From positions 34,534,001 through 34,598,000 of the forward strand of contig NC_088854.1 in assembly GCF_963853765.1 (NCBI RefSeq): a DNA stretch of 64,000 bases, given 5' to 3'. Shown in pieces: positions 1-10,100 of the stretch. The position numbers and the translations under genes are program-made. The notes beneath the pieces are model-generated. The model worked only from the letters and a program-made list of their open reading frames with translations, was not told the origin of the DNA and did not search any database. The stretch's first letter is position 1. Each line of letters begins with the position of its first letter. Source of the stretch: Magallana gigas (Eukaryota).

Positions 1-137
1 GTTGTCTGAAATTACAATTCTACATTGCATAATAATCCGGATTATCCACTCAGAGCCATATCAACAAATTCTTTTACTATATGCTTGTAGACCAGTCAAC
101 AACGTATGCATAAACCATAATTTATGCGAAATGTATT

Positions 138-2915
138 TCATCCAAAGTCAGTTAAAGTGCCCCAAAAATATTCAAAAAACGGCTCAGAACAGATATCGCA
201 AGAAATGTATAAATTTGGATAGAGCAATATCTGAATGACCAGAAAACACATATATGAGCTCTGGAAAATCAGATATTATATTTTTCAGACATATTTAACA
301 AATCAAGTGTAGTTTTAGAAGTGAATTACGTAACTTCATGGAATACTATACAAAATGTAAAATAATTTTTTATTGTAGCATTCAAAATAGTGTTTTAAGT
401 AATAATACTTGATGCAGATAGAGTAACTATCCAATTAAAAACCATAGTTCAATGGAAAATTGACTATCAATTCTAAAATAGTCCATTTACCACATAGTAT
501 CTGTAAGGTAAAAAGTAAAAAAATGTTGTCTTATAAGAAACTTATTTTATTTATTCTTTTTTAAAACTTACATACTAAATTCAACAGAGATTATGCATCT
601 GCTTTCATTTGTATACCTTTTACGAAGAGATTTTTAAGTTTTTGTTATGTTGAAACTCAGAGGAAATATTTTTTTTAGACATTTTTTTTTTGGTCTTCTT
701 TGTAACGTAATTCACATTAATTCTTTAAAGTGCAAATCATTACGTTTTTTTATGATTAAACAGCAGTATTTCTACAAATGAAACTATGGGAAATAAAAAA
801 AATATATTGCAATACCTATGCAAATGATAAAATATATCTCCAAAGTGTTATGATTGTTTCAAATCAGATTATGGCACATTTCACATATCTTGTTAAATAT
901 CAGGGAAATTCAAAAGCTGCATGTTCTTAAAGAACATAATAACTACTTACTTACAGATAATAAAGCAATATTTTCTTGTGTCCATATAAATTTGATGGGA
1001 ATGGGCAATGAATTATATTTCAAAATAAGTCTGTAGAATAAAACAAGCAACGTAACGTAATTCACAAACGAAGTTGTAAGAGTCAATATGGAAATAAAAA
1101 TAAAAAGTAAATAAAGTTAACTTATTGAAGGGATTTTAATAGTTAATCACACAAACTTTGAACTTTTCTTCATATATTTCAGAAAATTTAAGCATATTTC
1201 TAGTCTCTTCCTGCTATACTGGGTCGTTCAAAGAGCAAAGAATATCACTATTTCTCTGTACTAGGAATCCAAGTTTTGTCTGTCTGTTCGGGCATTTAAA
1301 GGACTTTTCCCCACCTATCATAACTGTGATATGATATCCCTGGTCTTATTCGATAATTATTTCAACATACAGTGTACTATAAACCATCGTACATGGTGGC
1401 AACATGCACGCATCTACTTGATACTTGCGTTCACCTAATCACCAACAATATAATTATATGTTCCAGTGCTTGCTTTCTGTAAAACTGTTGGTAGGGGTGT
1501 TACCCTCACTGCCTTGCCAAGGAACAGAGCTCATACAACAAGTTACCCACTCTTTGCAAGCCACATGGTACCAAATTGACGTTTTTGAAACTTGCGTCCC
1601 AGAAACATGATCTGCACGGCTATTACAACTCACAACCCCCCCCCCCCCTCCCCCACCCCGTGAAATAACAGCATAATAACCTCTTTTTTGCGATAGTTTT
1701 CTCTAACCTTTGGTCTTTTTTGTTCCCAGGATTTCTTTTAAAGCTTTGCATATTTCATTCTAGTCATTATATTAAATTAAAACAGTAGTTATGTTTGTTC
1801 GTGAATTACGTTACACTGTTGTAAATTACGTTACACTCTTATATAGACTTATACCTCATTTAAACACCAAACGAATCAATGTTTCATATTTATGATATCA
1901 AAGTTTAACCTTTATTCTTCATTCTCAATATAAAATTCCAATAACATCATTAAAAACCAAAAAGTTTTCTTCAGTCACAAATAAGCATAATCACACTTCT
2001 GACGATTGCGTACACAACTGTAGTAGTCAAAATGGTTACCGCATGTAAACTTTCTTTCTACAAGTGCGTGTATGTTAAGCGGTGTCAATGAATAAAGATT
2101 CATGGTGATTTTGCCCCCCTTTAGGATTATTTTACAATATAAAGTAAATCGGTCATAACGTAATTCACTGTAACGTAGTTCACAGTCTTGACTTTTAATC
2201 AGAATACGAAATAAAACTGTGGCAGTTAGAAGCATTGTGTATGTAGTAACAATGATAGGCATCGGTGTGTACATCAGTCTGGATAGTTGAAGTTTGTAGC
2301 ATTCAGGAACTGTTTGCAAGATTGCGTAACGTAATTCACAATTTAATGTAAATATGGAAATTTTTCGAAATTTGTTATTCTTTTTTCAAAAATGGTATCT
2401 TTTGTTAGTGAGTCATAATTTTTTCATATCTTTGTAACTTTGTGATCAGTTTTATCCATTTAACCTCACGGTAAACGCCTATTACAATTTCATTATTGAT
2501 GCAAGAAAATCGTAACGTAATTCACAGCATTAAATGGGACACTCAAATTTTGGATTGTATTTTTTTCTTCGGCCAACAGGGAGAAATTTATAGACAAAAA
2601 ATGTAAAGTCTATCCCCTGATCATTATAATATTCATCACTTTGCTTCCTATATTGGTGCTTTTAGATTATTTTTTTGTACCTAAATACGACCACTCTCGT
2701 TTGTGACATTTGGTTTTGATCAAATTTGGCTTATAAATTCTTTATTTTAGTACAGTAAATGGGATTAATACATCGCAATATCTTAATTCATAAGTCAGTC
2801 ATACCTAGATATTAAATTTAATCCCCTTAACAATTAAAGATGGAGAATTTTGTTTTCAAAAATCGCTTGTGACAACGAAAACTGGTTTTGGGGCACTTTA
2901 ACTGACTTTGGATGA
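138..2915 (-). mobile_element. Non-autonomous/decayed DNA transposon, superfamily unassigned, with perfect 30-bp TIRs
   Basis: TCATCCAAAGTCAGTTAAAGTGCCCCAAAA (138-167) is the exact reverse complement of 2886-2915. If the termini are CATCC..GGATG (139..2914), the flanks are ATGTATTT / ATGTATGG, a 6/8 candidate 8-bp TSD. Nine internal copies of a (C)GTAACGTAATTCAC-like motif are present, plus minus-strand decayed coding frames at 1975-2319 and ~1145-1615. Confidence 0.75.
1145..2319 (-). pseudogene. Decayed ORF inside the TIR element (probable transposon protein remnant)
   Basis: 1615->1145 reads in one frame for ~158 codons with only 4 stops (ADHVSGTQVSKTSIWYHVACKEWVTCCMSSVPWQGSEG..GERKYQVDACMLPP..DILCSLNDP). 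The upstream 1975-2319 ORF has a Cys/His cluster (IHALVERKFTCGNHFDYYSCVRNRQKC). Family not identified. Confidence 0.5.
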
Positions 2916-3106
2916 TGTATGGCACACCAAATTCACAAAACGGGCTAAACATAGTTCCAAATACGATAAACTAGGTTTATTGGTTGTAAACCGTAGTTAA
3001 CGGAGTGTAAACAGTAAACTATAGTAACGACGTTAATCTGTAAACCATAGTTAACGTAATCATCTATATTTCAGAACCGTAAACTTTAGTTTACGAACCG
3101 TAAACT

Positions 3107-3423
3107 ATATTTACATTTTTTAGTGTCTTTGCCTGTAATAACACTACGTATCGATTTTGTACTATAAAACCCATAACTTCAAATGACGAATAAATGAGAC
3201 GCCAGCGGGGTTTGCTTATTTATATTTAAATATTAAATCGTACAATTACATATAATTATATAAATATAAATAATATTAAGGAATCATTCTTTGAATATTA
3301 TGAGGTGATTATTTTGGTCAGGGCATGATCAAATCTATCATAAAGCCCTTTGGGCTTTATTGGATTTGATCACGCTCCGACCAAAATTATCACCTCATAA
3401 TACTCAAAAAATGATTCCTTAAT
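3107..3423. repeat. Long-hairpin interspersed repeat, family H3, copy 1
   Basis: ~150-bp near-perfect palindrome at 3275-3423 centred on AAAGCCC-TTT-GGGCTTT. The 5' part and left arm recur at 53595-53835. Confidence 0.75.
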
Positions 3424-3624
3424 CCTTAATTAACAGTCGATAATCCTAGTTTATCGACTGTGGAACTATTATACTGTATGCCCATACTGTATAAATAGAA
3501 TAACAAAAATGCGTTTGTAATCATATGCGGTTTATTTGGTGTGGTAATAAACTTTAAATCTGTTTCATAAACATTTATGATTTCACACTCTTGATGACGC
3601 AATTCGGTTAGTGAAAAAGCTTAC

Positions 3625-4057
3625 AGGGACTTGGACACGAGTCAAGTTACAAGCGAGATATAGAGGTCAGAATTGGTTGTTAAGGTAACAAAGCTCGAGT
3701 CTTATACATGTAGTTGTTTACCAAAAAAAAAATGTAATGTAGAGAATTACCATTTCTTTGACAAAATGACATGTAAAAACAATTTAAACTAATTCAGTAT
3801 CTTCATTAATGCTATTATCAACAAAAGAAAGATACATTTGATTGAATCTTGCACCGATACAACACATATGTAAAAATGACATTATTCGAGCTTTGTTTAC
3901 AAAACAAAGAATTATGAATTCCGTATCTTGCTTATAACTTGATATCTGACTTTCAAATTTTGACATAGCATTATAAACTTCTATATTTATAAGTATAAAC
4001 ATTGAAAATGGAAAAATAAAATTTGAAAATTTTAAGTCAAATCGTGTCCAAGTCCCT
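3625..4057. mobile_element. TTAA-type MITE (Kolobok/piggyBac-like non-autonomous element)
   Basis: TIRs AGGGACTTGGACACG ... CGTGTCCAAGTCCCT. Flanked by TTAC (left, 1 mismatch) and TTAA (right). Confidence 0.7.
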
Positions 4058-5057
4058 TTAATACCATTACTAGTTTTTCACTGAATATTTATTGTGTGTC
4101 GAAGGGTTGGCCTCCTAGCCCTATACCAAGATTTTTGAGAATGGGAAATAAAGAGCGACACTTTGAACAAGGAAAACATTTTTGTCCCTTATTAGTCTAG
4201 GATATATAGATACACCTCTGATGAAAATATTTTTGTTCAAGCATGCGCTCAATGTTTTCTGATAGAAAAAATGTTTAATGTTATGTTTCTAAACTGTGGG
4301 CATTTGGATCAAAATGAAAATCATGAAGTAACTTTACATATAGGCCTATATGTGTACAAAGAAAACAAAAAATTAAAGAAAAAAAGATCATGTTCATTTT
4401 ACGGGCCATTCTAGGCTCATACATGTATCATATATAGTCCTTTGGGCTTGATTGGCCCATTGGTACTTAAAACGAGGATGAAAGTGTTGAATCTAAGAAG
4501 AACCCCGACGAAAAGCAGTCCTCTGATTAGCTAAAACATTGCGTGTTTTATCATTTTTTTCATTTCAAACTTTCCGAAAGGTTTTTTTTTTTTCTACAAT
4601 ATTAAGTAACTAATGGTTCATTTTGTTTTTCATCTAATTTTTATGCAAAGGGGCAATTTTAATTTAATACTAGTAGCGCAGAAGCAGTTCTAAGCGTTTG
4701 CCAATTGTCATATTTTCGGGTGTTGGAAAAAGAACGCTGAGTTCCTCAAACACGAACACTCGGAAGTACTGTTTTACAAGATACGGGGTTCACATAAAAC
4801 ATAGCATGACCAATGTGACGTAACAGGGGCAGTCTCAAAATACAAAATCAATATTATTACACCAATGACCTGGTGAATTGGAAAATTTATATTTTCTGAT
4901 GAGTATAAAGGCGTTGAATAGGACCTGATCCCTTGACACGAAATTCAAAACCTACGGAGGCATTTATGATTAGTCTGGTCGGTGATAAATGTTCTTAAGA
5001 CATTCAAAAACCAACAAACATCAATAAGAAGTCAGGGAAGTTCATCACAATATACAT

Positions 5058-5563
5058 GTATTTACATCCACTATGTATGTTTCACTCTATTTCTTATAGA
5101 AATTGCAATTCTCAGCTCTATTAATTAAAACTGACAAAACTGAAATCTACATGATCATGATTCAGTTTTATCCAGTTTATCGATGTGCGAAACCTCCAGC
5201 AACCTAAGAAAAATCACGGACTACACAAAATAATCATAATAATGTCAGATTCAAATTCTCATATTCTTTTGTACTGATATATAAACAATAAAGTTACTTT
5301 TACTTACTTTTTACGATCAATTCATTATTTTGTTAAAAGAAAGATGTAAACCTAAATAATAAAATGCTTTTTATGATTCATGCGGGTTATGAAGGTAGCG
5401 ATCACTGCAGGGAAAAAACATAACCCCGTTTGCGGGTTACTAGTATGTGATTTTTTTTTTCTGCAGGGAAAATACATAACCCGCGTCAGCGGGTTTTGTT
5501 ATTTTTCCTACAATGTCGCTACCTTCATATACTATAAGAATCACCAAAAGAAAGCATTTTATT
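5058..5563. repeat. Long-hairpin interspersed repeat, family H1, copy 1
   Basis: Palindrome 5357-5563 (AATAAAATGC..TGCGGGTTATGAAGGTAGCGA..TCGCTACCTTCATA..GCATTTTATT) with an internal duplication. Same family as 6304, 28021 and 50480. Confidence 0.7.
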
Positions 5564-5741
5564 AAATTTCTTTTATACAAAACGAATTCTTATTTATTCA
5601 TACCAATATTATAACTTTTCAAAGTAATTTAAAATTTGGATCAGATTATAAAAATAACATTAGTTGGATCGACCGATTATTATTGTTGCTGGTTACAATT
5701 TTAAATCATGATAATAAAAAGAAAACACAAGATGTACTCAC

Positions 5742-5945
5742 GTATGGATAGCATTACTAAACAAATTGGGAGCTTCATTTTCATCAGAATTCCGATTGTA
5801 ATGACTGACCACTTCAAAACTCTCAGAGGAATACGCCTTAACACTTTCTCGTATTTCCTTTAAGCTGTGATATCTGGGCATTCGCACCAACATCAGCTTT
5901 ATATCGGCAATAGGCTTAACTCCCATTTCCTTTACACTGCACATG
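5742..5945 (-). other. Orphan candidate exon (204 nt, phase 2-2, open frame)
   Basis: Acceptor TTGACTCACAG| at 5945 and donor |GTGAGT at 5742. One open frame (MCSVKEMGVKPIADIKLMLVRMPRYHSLKEIRESVKAYSSESFEVVSHYNRNSDENEAPNLFSNAIH). No partner exons found. Confidence 0.3.
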
Positions 5946-6303
5946 CTGTGAGTCAACACAAGTACTATTATAGTACTAGCTAACGCAGGTTATGTATTGT
6001 TTTTTGCTTTGTTGCCACCTTTATGTCGCCACCTTTATATCCTGCATAACACCCCCCCCCCCAAAAAAAAAATTGTTTAAACAAATTCAGGATAATCGTT
6101 TTGATTACAACAAAACGTAAATGAATGCAAAGTTTGTATGAACAAAAGGAAATGCAAGCTTACATGAACATTTCCACATTACTTGACAATGCGTCGCAAA
6201 AATAAGGATGCATAAAAATTAAAAGGGTGTACCGCCCAGAAAAAATTATAACAACAAAACTGCCTGTAAATAGTGCGTGTAAATTAAATATGCAAATGTC
6301 TTA

Positions 6304-6814
6304 ATATTTACATCTACGAAGTATTATTTCCTCTATTTTCTACGGAAACTTATAGTTAATTCATAGCCAGACTGAAATCTACACGCCCCGTATATCGATT
6401 GGTCGAAATATACAGCGGCTGAAACCGACAGGACTAAAATTAACACGCCCTGTTTATTGATTGGTCGAAGCCTAGCTACTGAACGACCAAAGAAAAATCA
6501 TGGGCTGCACGAAATTATCATGATGATGTCAGACTCAAAGTCTCACAGGTGACGATTTCGCCGTTTCTCTCAGCTAATGTATGTACATTAACAGTAAATT
6601 ATGGAATTTTACTAACTTTTCATAATCAATTTATTAATTAGTTAAAAGAAAGATGTTAATGTGAACAATAAAATGCTTTCTTTGATGATTCATGCGGGTT
6701 ATGAAGGTAGCGATCATTGCAGAAAAAAATTGCATAACTGTATAATATGTATTTTTCTGCAACGTCGCTACCTTCATATCCCGAATGAATTACCAAAGAA
6801 AGCATTTTATTGTT
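6304..6814. repeat. Long-hairpin interspersed repeat, family H1, copy 2
   Basis: Colinear with 28021-28551 over ~500 bp. Palindrome at 6664-6814 with its centre partly deleted. Confidence 0.75.
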
Positions 6815-7054
6815 AAATTAAAATCAACTACAAATTTTCGTGACATTCTGCATTCTTTCATTCAATATTGGCAAAACCTCATATTTTAAAATGAGCAAAA
6901 TTCCTGAAAATTTGAGGCATCGTAGTTTTCTTTAAATATATATTACATCTACCCAATATGACCATATATGACTATAAACACCTGTCTAGTGACTGCATAC
7001 AAATGGACTTGAGAACAAACCCAAACAATAACAATATATATATATAAAGTATAA

Positions 7055-7060
7055 TTTATT
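7055..7060 (-). terminator. Probable poly(A) signal of RSPH1
   Basis: AATAAA on the minus strand, ~135 nt downstream of the RSPH1 stop codon. Confidence 0.5.
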
Positions 7061-7194
7061 GATATTCTTTAGAACCATCTCCAGTTTCAGATTGCTGAAT
7101 CACAAAGAAGTTTCTCTCCTGTTATCGCGTTCACTCCTTTTATAGAATGTTAGGTAACAAAATGTAAATGTACGACAAAATTAAATAATTTTAA

Positions 7195-10100
7195 TTATTC
7201 TGCTGACTGTTCCTGATCCTCAGGGGCTGGGTCGGCCGTCTCCTGGTTTCCTCCCTCCTCGGCCCCTGTGGTGGTGTCCTCCCCAGCCTCGGGGGCGGTT
7301 TCCTGTTTGGTTTCCTCCTCTTTCTTCTCTTCCATTTCTCCTTCCTCAGTTTTTTCTTTCTTTTCTTCGGTTGTTTCTTCTTGTGATTCAGCTGGCTGTT
7401 CTGTGGAAGATGGTTCTGTGAAAAGATTAAAAAATTTTTACCTCTTTATTCCACTCAATTATTACATGTACTTTGTCACTTGTTCTAAAATAAATTAATA
7501 CATCTCAAAGGATGCTAGATACTGTACTTAACAGAATTAAAATCAGTACTGGGAGTTAGTCAATTGTAATACGTACGTACAGTATCAATGTATGACAACT
7601 TTGGTTATAACTAGTAATAAAATCTGACATGCACATCAATTTTAATTCAGATGATTTTCAACTAAACATGCCTCAAAATGCAAAATAAAACTCTTGTGCT
7701 TACTTCTTAACAAATGTATCACTGACAGATTTTTTATTTAATAAACAAATAAACATAGAAAATTATCAACAGCAAATGATTAAAGCCATTGATGAGTCTG
7801 TAATCTCAATTTGAAATGAAAAAAGCAACAATAACAAATAACAAGTAAAATTCAATGGACTAGATAAAAAACATTACCTCTGTGTCAGTTTATCTCTTAC
7901 CTTATGCTATGAATAGCAATTAATAATATGTAAAACACCCATAATATATATCTCATTTTCATATACAGTTTATAAACATTCAATATGAGGCAAACTAAAT
8001 TTGAAAAGAAACAATCTAAAATTCATGTTTTAGGGCAATGAATTCAGCATAGCTGCAGAACTGTAGTTCCACTGGAAATTCAGGTTGACGGACCCTGGAG
8101 CTACAGTTTCATCCAAATATAAAAAATTGTATATTCATTGTGCACAGTTTTGGACTTAATAAACTAATTTAGGAAAATATTCTTTAAAAATTTCAATACC
8201 GAAATATTCCTTTGACATTTTACTTCAGATGTCATTGCCTGTACTTAACTTGCCTCTGAGCTAGTATCAAACACCCTAGTCAGCTCTCGTAAAGTAAAAC
8301 AAAGTTGTTTATTTACAGACAAAAATGCGACTCTTGATCCAACATTTAACACACTTAAATTTCCGAGGTTGGTTAGGGTGTTTAGGAAAATGTTTGAGGC
8401 AAGTAAAGTGGTGATACAGTAGTAAAATATCTAAGGAATTTTTTGGTATAAAAAAATAATTACTGAATACATTCTTAGATAAGTAAAAAAAAAATGTGCA
8501 CAACTTTTAGTGCACAATAAATAGTTATTTGTATGAATGGAACTGTAGCCCCAGGCCCGCTCCACAGTCCGTCAACCCGAATTTCCTGTAGAGCTACTGT
8601 GACAGTTCTGCCGCTAATTAAGCATAATAGTGAATACAAAACTCTTTGATTATGCATTAAAGATTATATCTATATGATTGACAAACTGAACATGTCCAAT
8701 TTAGTCCGATACCTACCCTCTGTCTGTTCTTTGGCCGCCTCTTCCTCCTCTTCCATATCTTCCTCTGTCTTGAGATGAATAGCTGTAACTTGACCTGCTT
8801 TCCATTTAGGGACAATATTTGCTGAGGGCTCCTCATCATCACCTTTGTCTTCCTTCTCCTTTAATCAGAAAATTCAGTTTCTATTTTTAATTAACTTCAC
8901 TGGCAAGATAAAAAAATGTTTACAGAATAAGCGTGTATTAGAAACAAACTTTTTTGATGATGTTGCAATGGGTCAGTTTTTTGTATGAATGGAACTGTAC
9001 ATAGAAATTGTACATTTTATTTTGTTATACTTTCATGTTAAATACTGAAATCTGATTGGTTAAGACGCAGTTAATAATATTTACTATTACCCTCAGCGTT
9101 AGCAACGCACTTGGCAACGGGTAACATTAAAAAATATTACATGCGCGAAAATTATGCGCGTACGGTTCGCTGTAGAATTCACGTTATTCCTATATAAAAG
9201 CAGTAAAATTTTCTTAAAATTTTTAAAAAAGACATTCAGTATAACAAAATAAATAGTGCCTGTTTGGGAGGATAACAGTTGAAATTGACACCCCTCGAAA
9301 ACCATTGTCAACCTCCGCTTCGCGTCGGTTGACAATGGTTTTCTCGGGGTGTCAATTTCAACTGTTACCCTCCCAAACAGGCACTATTTATATAATATTA
9401 CTTTCATGTTGAAATCTGATGGTTTAGACACAGTTAATAATTCATTCCATTACCCTCAGCGTTAGCAACACACTTGGCAAGGGGGTAACACGATGAATTG
9501 TTACATGCATGTAAATTATGCGTGTACGGTTTGCGTAGAATTCACTTCATTTGTAAAAGAGTAAATTTTTCTTTAGAATTAAGACATTCAGTGTAATGAA
9601 ATAAATAGTGCCTATTTGGGAGGATAATAGTTGAAACTGACACCCTTAAATCGATCATCTTCGCGTCGGTTTGACAATGGTTTACTCGGGATCATCATTA
9701 ATCAACTTCACAGAAATACATGTATATGCAGACAAGGGGTTTTTGGAATGAATGTATGACCACAGCTTGAAATGCTGAGTTGCTAGGATCCAAAACACAA
9801 TAACTATACATAAACTGAAGATAGATATTGTATACATATATTCTAGCTAGTACCTATAATATATAGCCATGACTTACTTGTTCAATGGGAATGTATTCCC
9901 CGTGTTGCTCACATCCAATATCAAAAACATATTTTCCCTTCCCCATTGGCTGAAAATTGGAGCATAAAGACATAAAAGTTTGTATCTCTTGACAAGGCAA
10001 TTAATAAACTTAAAACCCTAAAAAATAATAAATTATGATGATTCATCTATATGATCAATTTAGAAGACTATATGTAATTAATTATTAATTGCAGTGTAAT

